Shown here piece after piece: positions 46,142-55,863 of a stretch of 64,000 bases of DNA. This DNA comes from a bacterium (GTDB lineage Bacteria; UBP15; UBA6099; JAJRTR01). The notes under the pieces are model-generated. The model had not been told where the DNA came from. It did not search any database and saw nothing but the letters and a program-made list of their open reading frames with translations. The stretch covers positions 23,489-87,488 of the forward strand of contig JAJRTR010000174.1 of assembly GCA_024278215.1 (NCBI GenBank), given 5' to 3'. Made by a program: the position numbers and the translations under genes. Each line of letters starts with the position of its first letter. The first letter of the stretch is position 1.

Positions 46142-48298
46142 ATGGAGAAAAACGTGAAGCAGGTTTTAATACAGAACGGGCAGGCGGTCGTTGAAGATGT
46201 GCCGCCGCCACAACCCGAATCCGGCACAATTGTTGTCCGTGTACTGAACTCGTGTATTTCGCCCGGCACAGAAGGCAGCGGAATGAAAGAGTCGGCGGAA
46301 CCACTCTGGAAGCGTGCCCTGAAGAATCCCGGCAAAGTGAAGCAGGCGCTTCATATGCTGGCGACTTCAGGTTTTTCGCACACAAGAAGTGTCGTGCAGG
46401 GCAAACTCCAGTCCGGGTATGCTACGGGCTATTCGGCAGCTGGCAGAGTAATGGTCGTCGGCGCTGGTATAGACGACATCAAGGAGGGCGACATCGTGGC
46501 CTGCGCCGGCGCTCAATGCGCCCATCACGCCGAGATCATCAGGGTACCGCGCAACCTCGCCGTGCAGGTGCCAGACGGACTCGACGCCTCGCACGCAAGC
46601 ACCGTAGCACTCGGCGCTATAGCCATGCAGGGCGTGCGCCGCGCGAAACCGTCGCTTGGTGAAAACTTTGTCGTCATCGGGCTCGGCGTTATCGGGCAAC
46701 TTACCGCTCAATTTCTCAAAACGAACGGCTGCCGGGTTATCGGCGCAGATCTCGATCCCGAAAGATCACGCATCGCCATGGAACTCGGTATGGACATCGA
46801 ACTCAAGCCGGACGACGGTCCCGGCGTCGAGAATGTGATGCGACTGACCGGCGGCCTCGGCGCGGACGGTGTCATCATTACAGCTTCCACAAGCTCGCAT
46901 GAAGTCCTCTCCACCGCGTTTCAGATGTGCCGCCGCAAGGGCCGTGTCGTACTTGTCGGCGTTGTCGGCATGACTATGAACAGGGAAGACATTTACGCGA
47001 AGGAACTCGACTTCTTTATTTCCACCTCTTACGGCCCGGGCCGCTACGACAACAATTACGAGGAAAAAGGACACGATTATCCGCCATCTTATGTGCGCTG
47101 GACCGAAAACAGGAACATGTGGGAATATCTCCGCCTGCTTGCCGACGGTAGAATAAATATCGAGCCTCTAATATCCGCAACGCATGTTATAGACGATGCT
47201 CCCACAGCTTATGCGGCGATAGCGGACGGCGAACACAGGCCGATGATCACACTTCTTTCTTATCCCGAAAACAGCAACGCGGCCACCGGCGGCAGGTTAC
47301 TCAATCCTTCCGCTTCGCCCTCACAAAAGAGTGTTCTTAATCTCGCGCTTGCAGGAGCGGGCGGCTTCGCGCACGGGATGCACCTTCCCAATCTGAGCAG
47401 AATGAAGAACCTTTATTGTCTTCATGCCGTTATGAGCCGCACCGGTCACAACGCGAAGGCGACAGCGAAACAGTTCGGCGCAAAATATGCGACGACCGAT
47501 TACCGCGAGATCGTCTCCGACGCGGATGTCGACGCTGTTCTTATCTGCACACGGCATGACTCACACGCGAAGATGACACTCGACGCACTTCGAGCCGGAA
47601 AACACGTTATCGTCGAAAAACCGCTTGCCCTCGACCGCGATGAAATGAGTGCTGTCGAAGAGTTCTATAATAACGCCGGCGGCGAATCCGGCGCGCCGGT
47701 CCTGCTGACCGGCTTCAACAGGCGCTTTTCGAAATTCTCGAGGCGTATCGCAGAAATAATTGCAGGCAGGAAAAACCCGATAATCATCAACTACCGTATG
47801 AACGCAGGCTATATCCCACTCGACAGCTGGCTCCACAACGAACAGGGCGGCGGCCGCAATATAGGCGAAGCCTGCCATATTTACGACCTGTTCACGTTTT
47901 TCACGAACGCGAAAGCCGTTGCAGTTGACGCAAGATCAATCACCGCCGAGCCCGGTTATTACTCGAACAGGGACAATTTCATCGCCACTGTTTCCTTCGA
48001 CGATGGCTCGATTGCAACCCTCACATACACTGCGCTCGGATCGAAAGACTTCCCTAAAGAGACTATGGAAATATATTGTGACGGAAAAATACTTTCGATG
48101 TGCGATTACAAAAAACTTACTGTTTACGGCACGAACCTGAGCGGCATCGAATCATCAGCGTTCGACAAGGGGCACCGCGAAGAACTCGAAGAGTTCGCGC
48201 GCGCTGTGAAGGGCGGCGGCGCGTGGCCGATACCGTTGTGGCAGCAGCTACAGGCAATGGAAATAGCTTTCAGGGTTGAAGAAATGTTGACGCGGTGA
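46142..48298 (+). CDS. Bi-domain oxidoreductase: N-terminal zinc-type MDR dehydrogenase fused to C-terminal Gfo/Idh/MocA oxidoreductase
   Basis: MDR GroES-like plus Rossmann 'VIGLGVIGQL'. Gfo/Idh/MocA 'LALAGAGGFAHGMHLP', 'VLICTRHDSHA', 'AGKHVIVEKPLA'. Confidence 0.8.
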   Translation: MEKNVKQVLIQNGQAVVEDVPPPQPESGTIVVRVLNSCISPGTEGSGMKESAEPLWKRALKNPGKVKQALHMLATSGFSHTRSVVQGKLQSGYATGYSAAGRVMVVGAGIDDIKEGDIVACAGAQCAHHAEIIRVPRNLAVQVPDGLDASHASTVALGAIAMQGVRRAKPSLGENFVVIGLGVIGQLTAQFLKTNGCRVIGADLDPERSRIAMELGMDIELKPDDGPGVENVMRLTGGLGADGVIITASTSSHEVLSTAFQMCRRKGRVVLVGVVGMTMNREDIYAKELDFFISTSYGPGRYDNNYEEKGHDYPPSYVRWTENRNMWEYLRLLADGRINIEPLISATHVIDDAPTAYAAIADGEHRPMITLLSYPENSNAATGGRLLNPSASPSQKSVLNLALAGAGGFAHGMHLPNLSRMKNLYCLHAVMSRTGHNAKATAKQFGAKYATTDYREIVSDADVDAVLICTRHDSHAKMTLDALRAGKHVIVEKPLALDRDEMSAVEEFYNNAGGESGAPVLLTGFNRRFSKFSRRIAEIIAGRKNPIIINYRMNAGYIPLDSWLHNEQGGGRNIGEACHIYDLFTFFTNAKAVAVDARSITAEPGYYSNRDNFIATVSFDDGSIATLTYTALGSKDFPKETMEIYCDGKILSMCDYKKLTVYGTNLSGIESSAFDKGHREELEEFARAVKGGGAWPIPLWQQLQAMEIAFRVEEMLTR

Positions 48299-48369
48299 GC
48301 TGCATGTTACGTACCTTTACTCACAGTGAGTGCGAACAGACTCATATCATTTTGAATGGATAAAACAAG

Positions 48370-50268
48370 ATGTGCGGAATCACAGGAGCGCTGACTTTTA
48401 AAAACAGCGCTTTCGAAATAACGGAAGAATACATAACGGCAATGCGCGACACGATGATACATCGCGGCCCCGACGGCGCGGGCACATGGGTGTCGGGCGA
48501 CAGGTCTGTCGGGCTCGGACACAGGCGGCTCTCGATCATCGACCTATCGGAATCCGCCGCGCAGCCGATGTGCAGCCACGACGAATCCGTGCAACTTGTG
48601 TACAACGGCGAAATATATAATCACGAGGAAATACGCAGGGAACTCGATGCGATTCGTCCGCGCAAATGGAAAACCCACCACTCGGACACCGAGGTAATTA
48701 TCCACGCTTACGAAGAATGGGGTGTCGACTGCCTCGAAAAGTTTCGTGGCATGTTCGCCTTCGCCCTGTGGGACACGCGACTCGGTCGCCTGTGGCTCGT
48801 CAGGGACAGGATCGGCATCAAACCCCTCTACTACAGCATCCATCACGGCAGGATCACCTTCGCATCCGAGATAAAAGCACTGCTCGAAGACCCCGATCAG
48901 AAAAGGGTTCTCGACGAGCGCAGTTTCTTTCATTTCCTCTCTATGATCTTCTCTCCCGCGCCTGATTCGCTTTTCGAAGGGATAAATAAGATTCCCGGCG
49001 GCTGCTGGCTGATGGTGGACAGAAACGGCAAATCGGAACTCAGACGATACTGGGACGTGCTCGAAAGAACGACACCGCTGACGGATGCGAGCGAAGATGA
49101 AATCGCCGAAATGATTATCGAGACACTTCGCGAGGCCGTGCAGCTGAGAAAGGTAAGCGACGTGCCTGTCGGTGTGTTCCTTTCGGGCGGAATCGATTCG
49201 AGCACCAACACAGCCCTGTTTTCCGAAGGCGCGCGCGAGCCGGTAAAAACATTCACTATCGGCTACGACACGGATTACGGCTCATACAAAAACGAAATAC
49301 ATTACGCGAAGATGATGGCCGAATACGGAGGCGCGATTTATCACGAGAAACTTCTTAATATCGATTACCTCATTGATTTCCTGCCTCAGATGGTTCACCT
49401 CCAGGACGAACCGATTGCAGACCCCGTATGCGTCCCAGTCTATTATGTATCGAAGCTCGCGCGGGACAACGGCGTCATCGTCTGCCAGGTGGGCGAAGGC
49501 GCGGACGAACTGTTTTTCGGCTACGGCCACTGGAAACACCTTCTGCAATTGCAACAGTGGGACAACCTGCCCGTGCCGCGTTTTATGAAAAAAATGGGGC
49601 TCGCGGCCTTGCGTTCCATCGGCAAAGAGGACAATCTGCCGTTCGAGTGGCTGCGGCGCGGCTCGCTCGGACAGCCTGTCTTCTGGGGCGGCACAGACTA
49701 TTTCACCGACTACCAGAAACGGAAACTTCTATCAGATCGCCTCAATAAAAACTTTTCAGACATTACCACCTGGGATGTCATGCGTCCCCTGCGACAGCGG
49801 TTTATCGAGAAAGACTGGGAAAAATCGGACATGAACTGGATGTCTTTCATCGACCTTCACCAGCGATTGCCCGAACTGCTCCTTATGCGCGTCGATAAAA
49901 TGAGCATGGGCGTAAGCCTCGAAACTCGCGTGCCTTTTCTCGATCATAAATTCGTCGAACTCGCCTTCAGCATCCCGCAGTCTCTCAAACTGAAGAACGG
50001 CACACTGAAATATATGCTGAAAAAATCAGTCCGCGGCGTGATACCCGACGAACTGATCGACAGACCCAAACAGGGCTTCGGCGTTCCTCTTCACGAATGG
50101 TTTTTCGACAAACTCGGCGACAGGGTCAAAAATGAAATCAAATACTTTTGTGAACAGACCGACCTGCTGGACAAACAATATGTCGACTCTCTTTTCGATT
50201 CACAGAGGTTCACGGACCTGTGGTTTGTTTTCAATTTCGCGCTCTGGTGGAAAGAATTTTTGGAATGA
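48370..50268 (+). CDS. asnB: Asparagine synthase (glutamine-hydrolysing)
   Basis: 'MCGITG' Ntn nucleophile, 'HRGPDG', 'RRLSIIDL', PP-loop 'VGVFLSGGIDSS'. Confidence 0.9.
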   Translation: MCGITGALTFKNSAFEITEEYITAMRDTMIHRGPDGAGTWVSGDRSVGLGHRRLSIIDLSESAAQPMCSHDESVQLVYNGEIYNHEEIRRELDAIRPRKWKTHHSDTEVIIHAYEEWGVDCLEKFRGMFAFALWDTRLGRLWLVRDRIGIKPLYYSIHHGRITFASEIKALLEDPDQKRVLDERSFFHFLSMIFSPAPDSLFEGINKIPGGCWLMVDRNGKSELRRYWDVLERTTPLTDASEDEIAEMIIETLREAVQLRKVSDVPVGVFLSGGIDSSTNTALFSEGAREPVKTFTIGYDTDYGSYKNEIHYAKMMAEYGGAIYHEKLLNIDYLIDFLPQMVHLQDEPIADPVCVPVYYVSKLARDNGVIVCQVGEGADELFFGYGHWKHLLQLQQWDNLPVPRFMKKMGLAALRSIGKEDNLPFEWLRRGSLGQPVFWGGTDYFTDYQKRKLLSDRLNKNFSDITTWDVMRPLRQRFIEKDWEKSDMNWMSFIDLHQRLPELLLMRVDKMSMGVSLETRVPFLDHKFVELAFSIPQSLKLKNGTLKYMLKKSVRGVIPDELIDRPKQGFGVPLHEWFFDKLGDRVKNEIKYFCEQTDLLDKQYVDSLFDSQRFTDLWFVFNFALWWKEFLE

Positions 50269-50322
50269 CGACGGGCTCCACGCACCTTTCGCACATTGTC
50301 CGGCCTGTTCCAGTTGGAATGA

Positions 50323-51945
50323 TTGACTTTGAATAGAAAAAAACAGTTCATCCTCGACCTCGATGATGTCGGAGACCGCGCCGCAGCCCCTGCCGGTTCC
50401 ACATACTACGATATTTATTCGCTCAGAGAAATACTAAGCCCCCGCGAACTCCTGAAACATATATTCAGATACTCTGAATCGACTGTCCTTGTCTACATCA
50501 ACGATTCCTTCCGTCGCCCTCTGTTCGTTTCCGTTCTGCTGCGTCTCATGAGCAGGGGCAGGTGTTTTTCTCTCGATTGCAACGGCCATAGAAAGAACAT
50601 TACATTTTTCAACATCATTGGCTTTGCTTCAAAGTTCGCTATTGATTATTTGCGCAGTAAAAAAGTTGTCCGCAATGCAGAAAACGATGAGCGGGAGATA
50701 AAATATAAATATGCTAGCATTGCCAATAAGCAATTACGTATAGACATGTCCGCGTCACCCGTTTATATGAGAACCGACCTTAAACTCGGACTCACCGCGG
50801 GCGGTTCCGTAGGCCACATCGCCGGTGTGTTGAACAATCTCGACTGTTTCTGCGCAACACCCATATTCATTACTTCGGATAATATACCCACAGTTCGAGA
50901 CGACATCGAAAAGCATATTGTAGATGCCGGGCCGGATTTCCGCGACTTCACCGAAGTGCAGTTCCTTCACTATTCAGCAATATTCTTCAATCGTTCACTC
51001 GAAATATTGAGCGGCGCAAAACCATCATTTATATACCAGAGATACAGTCTCGGCAATATGTCGGGAATAATGCTTGCGCGGCATTTCGGGGTTCCGCTCG
51101 CACTCGAATTCAACGGCTCGGAAGTATGGGTGAGCCGTAACTGGGGCAAGCCGGTGAAATATGGAGACCTGCTCGAAAGGATCGAGTCGACCGTCAACCT
51201 TGCTGCCGATGTCGTTGTTGTTGTCAGCAGGCCGCTGAAGGAACAACTTGTCGCGGCGGGCGTCGAGGCTGGGAAGATACTTGTCAATCCCAACGGAGTC
51301 GATCCTGCGAAGTATTCACCCGGCATCGACGGCTCGAAAATAAGGAATAAATACAGGCTCGAAGGAAAAACCGTTATTGGATTTATCGGTACTTTCGGGA
51401 TGTGGCACGGCGCGGAGGTTCTCGCGGAAGCATTCGGAAAACTTCTAGCGAAACGACCCGAACTGCGTCATAAAACAAGTCTCCTTATGATAGGCGACGG
51501 CGTGATGATGAAGCAGGTTCGCGAAAACCTGAATAAATATGATGTGATGAAATATGCAACGCTAACCGGCATTGTGCCGCAGAGCGAAGGACCTGAACAC
51601 CTTGCCGCCGCAGACATCCTTGCGTCGCCTCATGTGCCTAACCCGGACGGATCGCCTTTCTTCGGTTCGCCGACAAAGCTTTTCGAGTATATGGCGATGG
51701 GCAAAGGGATAGTCGCTTCCGATCTGGCGCAAATCGGCGAGATACTCGACGACAACCACACCGCTGTACTTGTCGAGCCGGGCAACTCCGACGATTTCAT
51801 GCACGGACTTGAAGTTTTACTCGACGATAAAAACAAGAGAGAATCGCTCGGCCATGAAGCTCGCAGGGTAGTTGTCGAAAAATATACATGGAAAGAACAC
51901 ACTCGCAGGATAATCGAAAAACTGAAGGAAAGATGCGGTGCGTGA
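50323..51945 (+). CDS. Glycosyltransferase (GT4-like C-terminal domain) with an uncharacterised N-terminal half
   Basis: 'GKILVNPNGVD', 'FIGTFGMWHG', 'ASDLAQIGEILDD'. TTG start in the track. Confidence 0.7.
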   Translation: MTLNRKKQFILDLDDVGDRAAAPAGSTYYDIYSLREILSPRELLKHIFRYSESTVLVYINDSFRRPLFVSVLLRLMSRGRCFSLDCNGHRKNITFFNIIGFASKFAIDYLRSKKVVRNAENDEREIKYKYASIANKQLRIDMSASPVYMRTDLKLGLTAGGSVGHIAGVLNNLDCFCATPIFITSDNIPTVRDDIEKHIVDAGPDFRDFTEVQFLHYSAIFFNRSLEILSGAKPSFIYQRYSLGNMSGIMLARHFGVPLALEFNGSEVWVSRNWGKPVKYGDLLERIESTVNLAADVVVVVSRPLKEQLVAAGVEAGKILVNPNGVDPAKYSPGIDGSKIRNKYRLEGKTVIGFIGTFGMWHGAEVLAEAFGKLLAKRPELRHKTSLLMIGDGVMMKQVRENLNKYDVMKYATLTGIVPQSEGPEHLAAADILASPHVPNPDGSPFFGSPTKLFEYMAMGKGIVASDLAQIGEILDDNHTAVLVEPGNSDDFMHGLEVLLDDKNKRESLGHEARRVVVEKYTWKEHTRRIIEKLKERCGA

Positions 51946-51968
51946 CTGCCGCGTGATAATTTTCTGCT

Positions 51969-54296
51969 ATGGGAATCACATCTTATGTGAAAAAAGCGTT
52001 TTCGATGCCGCCCGGCATGTTGTTCAGGAAGGCGGCGGCACGTGTGCTTCCCGGCTGGAACCAATTCAAAAGGAAACGTCATGATCTAAGGCATACTACA
52101 TATATATGCGAAACTCCATTTAAGAATAATTCGTTTGATCTTAACCTGCCGGACATAACAATATCCGCCGAACAATTGGTGCCGCATTCGGAATGGATCG
52201 CGGGAACAACGGAAAATTATCTGGCCCATCGTTTCGACCTTCTCGGCTCGGGCTGGACGTGCGTCGCGCACGGGATACGCTGCCGGGGCTTCGAGGGCTC
52301 ACGCTATGACAGCGGCTGCGCGGTCGACACCAAAACAGGCGACAGCCGCTTCCGCGACAGAATCAACAAATCCAATTCGGCTGAATCTCATAGAATATGG
52401 TCGCTTATCGGCAATGATTACGATCACATAGATTGGCATATCGATTTCAAGTCCGGCCGGCGCTGGAGCGAAGCCGCCTGGTACCGGAATATCTGGTACG
52501 GGCACAAGCGAGGCGTCGATGTGAAAGTGCCCTGGGAACTCGCCCGCATGCAGCACCTGCCGCATCTCGCTTATGCTTTCATTCTCGCCGCCGGCGGCAC
52601 AGACGGATTTGATGAACCGGCGCGGTACGTGCATGAGTTCCGCAATCAGGTTCTTGATTTCGTTGCCGGCAATCCGCCCCGCTTCGGCGTCAACTGGACA
52701 TGCACAATGGACGTTGCGATACGTGTCTCTAACTGGATCATGGCACGCGCTTTATTCGAATCCGGCGGAGCGGACTTCGACAGCGATTTCATTTCCGTTT
52801 TCAACAGGAGCGTCTATGAGCACGGTGTTCACATAATCAACAATCTCGAATGGAACCCCGAACTGCGCGGGAATCATTATCTGTCGGACATCGCCGGGCT
52901 GATATTCGTTTCAGCAGCTCTGCCGTGTGTGCCGGAGACAAACGCATGGCTCGCGTTCGGAGTGCAGGAACTGATCTCGGAAACAGAGAAACAATTTTTC
53001 AGGGATGGCGGCAATTTCGAATGCTCGACCGCCTACCACAGGCTGTCCGCAGAACTCGTCGCGTATTCCGCGGCTGTGATTCTTGGACTGCCGCCTGAAA
53101 AAATCGACGCGCTCTGCGAATACGACAATAAATTGCACAAAACCTTACCCCCGCTGAAACCCGCGCCGATTAAACTGTATGACATTCCGGGCCTGAACAT
53201 GACCAGCCCCCTGCCCCGCCGGTTCCTCGACAGAATGCACCGTATGGCGACATTCAGCATCGACATTACCAAACCGTGCGGCCACATTCCACAGTTCGGA
53301 GACAACGACAGCGGCAGGTTTTTCAAGTTTAACCCGATATACAATAAAATGGCGGTTTCAGATGCTCGCGGCCTGTACGGCAATCTCTGTGATTACAAAG
53401 AGCTCGACGATGATGCCGTTTATTGGGACGAAAACCATATCGATCACCGCAGTACAGTTTCAGCGATAAACGGTTTTTTCCTCGACCGCCGTTTTTCTGC
53501 CTTTACAGGCAGCAACATACTGGATGAAATCGTAATCAGAGAGCTTGCGGGTTTTTCACCTGGACAGTCACTTCCGAGAGCGGACATTTGCAATCGTCAT
53601 ATCATCGCGACTTCGGAACATACGCCGGAAACATGTAACAACATACTGGAATCATTGCCCGACAACAAAAAAAACACGATAGAGATTGAGTTGCCCGGCG
53701 TTTCGAGCGCGGGAGAAATCGTTCTGACGCAGTACCCTGAATTCGGACTGTATATCTTCAGGAATGAGGTGATGTTTCTCGCCGTCCGATGCGGCCCCAT
53801 CGGACAGAACGGGTTCGGCGGCCACGCCCATAACGACCAGCTTGCCATCGAGTTACAGCTTGCCGGAAAGGACATTATTGTCGATCCGGGCACATACATT
53901 TATACGCCGGTCCCCGAGATAAGAAATAAGTACAGGTCGGTGCGCGCACATTTCGCCCCCAGGCCCGTCAATGCAAAAGAACCCGGCAGGTTGGACCTCG
54001 GACTGTTCCGGCTCGGCGATGAAGCGAAAGCCGAATGTCTCTACGCAGACGACCACACATTCGCAGGCAGGCACTTCGGCTTCGGCAGCCCTGTCTATCG
54101 CATGATAAAAATCACACAGGAAAAACTGATAATCACCGACTGGATCGAATCGGATGACGACACGGAGGCAATCGAGTTGCTTACAGTAGACAAACACGCC
54201 TCGGCAGTGAATGAATTGGGTTTTTCACCTGCCTATGGCGTTAAATATACGAAAACAAATGCCTCTTCGCTATTTGGTGTGGATAGAGAAATGTAG
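51969..54296 (+). CDS. Heparinase II/III-like family protein
   Basis: 'WNPELRGNHYLSDIAGLIFVSAALP', 'GGHAHNDQLAIELQLAG'. Typical neighbour of AsnB and the bi-domain oxidoreductase in polysaccharide loci. Confidence 0.65.
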   Translation: MGITSYVKKAFSMPPGMLFRKAAARVLPGWNQFKRKRHDLRHTTYICETPFKNNSFDLNLPDITISAEQLVPHSEWIAGTTENYLAHRFDLLGSGWTCVAHGIRCRGFEGSRYDSGCAVDTKTGDSRFRDRINKSNSAESHRIWSLIGNDYDHIDWHIDFKSGRRWSEAAWYRNIWYGHKRGVDVKVPWELARMQHLPHLAYAFILAAGGTDGFDEPARYVHEFRNQVLDFVAGNPPRFGVNWTCTMDVAIRVSNWIMARALFESGGADFDSDFISVFNRSVYEHGVHIINNLEWNPELRGNHYLSDIAGLIFVSAALPCVPETNAWLAFGVQELISETEKQFFRDGGNFECSTAYHRLSAELVAYSAAVILGLPPEKIDALCEYDNKLHKTLPPLKPAPIKLYDIPGLNMTSPLPRRFLDRMHRMATFSIDITKPCGHIPQFGDNDSGRFFKFNPIYNKMAVSDARGLYGNLCDYKELDDDAVYWDENHIDHRSTVSAINGFFLDRRFSAFTGSNILDEIVIRELAGFSPGQSLPRADICNRHIIATSEHTPETCNNILESLPDNKKNTIEIELPGVSSAGEIVLTQYPEFGLYIFRNEVMFLAVRCGPIGQNGFGGHAHNDQLAIELQLAGKDIIVDPGTYIYTPVPEIRNKYRSVRAHFAPRPVNAKEPGRLDLGLFRLGDEAKAECLYADDHTFAGRHFGFGSPVYRMIKITQEKLIITDWIESDDDTEAIELLTVDKHASAVNELGFSPAYGVKYTKTNASSLFGVDREM

Positions 54297-54366
54297 TGTG
54301 CCGGAGGATAACCAAATGTTTGCAAAGGCCTATGAAGAGTTTTTCGTGCTCACTGAAGTTTTTTAT

Positions 54367-54428
54367 GGTGAATGCGGAGCGTTCAGTCCCTGCGTTCCGG
54401 GTCGGAGCCTTGGAACGATGAAAGCTGT
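54367..54428 (+). repeat. Repeat family 2 fragment (mosaic of the middle blocks of copies 1 and 2)
   Basis: 'gcggagcgttcagtccctgcgttccgggtcgga' is identical to 28826-28858. 'ttggaacgatgaaagct' resembles 14641-14657. Confidence 0.5.
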
Positions 54429-54506
54429 TTTACCCACACGATTCAGCGAAGAGCCAAATGAATAAATCGACTTAATGATTTTCACGCATGTTTGCGGTGC
54501 GGCACA

Positions 54507-54842
54507 TTACTTATTACTGCCGTAGACGACGATATGTGCTTTTTCGAGCGTGACAAGGCCTCCCGGAACCATTTCTTTAACAATTGGAATAAACTCCTGT
54601 ATTTTTTCCGTCTTATCGACTATCTCGACAACAAAAGGCAAATCTTCCGACAGACGGAGTATGCTGGTTGTACTGATGTGATTATTTGCACCAAAGCCCA
54701 TGCGCCCCCGGATCGCTGTTGCACCCGCAAGGCCATGTTCCCTTGCTTTTTTCACAATGGCTTCGTACAGTGGACGGCCCTTCCATTTCTGAGTCTCGCC
54801 TACAAATATTCTCAGCAGTTGCGCGTCATCTCTGGCATCCAT
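54507..54842 (-). CDS. DUF190 (P-II-like) protein, the usual crcB partner
   Basis: 111 aa; 'RIFVGE...KGRPLYEAIVKKAREHGLAGATAIRGRMGFG'. Confidence 0.7.
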   Translation of the reverse strand: MDARDDAQLLRIFVGETQKWKGRPLYEAIVKKAREHGLAGATAIRGRMGFGANNHISTTSILRLSEDLPFVVEIVDKTEKIQEFIPIVKEMVPGGLVTLEKAHIVVYGSNK

Positions 54843-54869
54843 TGGAAGCCTCCATTTAATAAGGTAATT

Positions 54870-54900
54870 AGAACCGATTGCAAAATCATGTTCGTCGCAG
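54870..54900 (+). repeat. MITE-like repeat family 1, 31-bp terminal fragment
   Basis: 'agaaccgattgcaaaatcatgttcgtcgcag' matches the left end of the full copies. Confidence 0.45.
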
Positions 54901-55003
54901 TTGAATATCTTATCATTAAGTATAACAAGCTACAGTAAAACAAGAGCTATCGAAAGAAAAAACTGGTGATCGTGACAAAAAGCAGGCTATCGAACAAACC
55001 GCA

Positions 55004-55384
55004 TCAGAAATGCAATGATTTCATCATAATCCATCCGGCTGCAACAGCGAAAATGCCGACAATAAGATTAGTGCCGATATTTGCAATCGCAGAAACATAC
55101 TGAGATTCGCGCAACAATGCATAAGTCTCGAAACCGAATGTCGAGAAAGTTGTGAACGAGCCAAGAATCCCCGTAAATATAAAAAGACGCGCTTCCGTTT
55201 CTATCATACGCCTGTCCTCTACCAGAAACATAAGCGTACCGATAATGAAGCAGCCAAGCACATTCACCAGTAGTGTACCGTAAGGGAACGAACCGTTCAG
55301 GAATCTGTGCGGCACACCGGAAATAACATACCTTGCAATTGCCCCGATAAATCCACCGAATCCTATAAGCAAAAATTTTTGCAT
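55004..55384 (-). CDS. crcB: Fluoride ion channel CrcB/Fluc
   Basis: 126 aa, 4 TM. 'GFGGFIGAIARY', 'TLLVNVLGCFIIG', 'GILGSFTTFSTF' (conserved F/T and the Fluc TxxF motifs). Confidence 0.85.
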   Translation of the reverse strand: MQKFLLIGFGGFIGAIARYVISGVPHRFLNGSFPYGTLLVNVLGCFIIGTLMFLVEDRRMIETEARLFIFTGILGSFTTFSTFGFETYALLRESQYVSAIANIGTNLIVGIFAVAAGWIMMKSLHF

Positions 55385-55863
55385 CCGGCATTATAGCAAT
55401 TTATCACGTCTAAAAACAAGTCGGAAATGACAAGAGTATTCAAAACAATTAATGGGAGCATAAACATTCACTTCCTGTTTTCACGTATCTGTTCACAGGC
55501 AACTGTTTGCAATGGAACATCTGAAATTCCGGGGAGTGCAACGACTGTGTGGTGCAACGGTGAAGAAGTCGCATTTCGCAAAAACTGACGTTTTTGCATT
55601 CCAGAATTTGCTGATAGTACAGTTAACCCCAATACCGTTTACTTAAGAAGGTATGTGTATCAATATTCGCGATAAATACAGGCTTTTTACGCATCATTTT
55701 TGCTAAAGCGAACGGTATTGCCGTTAACCCGCATATTTCACCAATCCGGGCTAAACTCAAAATCCGTATATTGTCATTCTGAGAAAAGCAAATAATTTCC
55801 AGGTGTTTAACGCAATATTTCCAATGCCACCCCTTCGTGAACAGTTACATTTTTCACAGACTC

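Noticed and set aside
55385-55863. Fluoride (crcB-motif) riboswitch upstream of crcB
   Set aside because: Looked for the conserved P1 / AAAC / GATGA-CCTAC pattern on the minus strand. Only weak partial resemblance, so not called as a feature.
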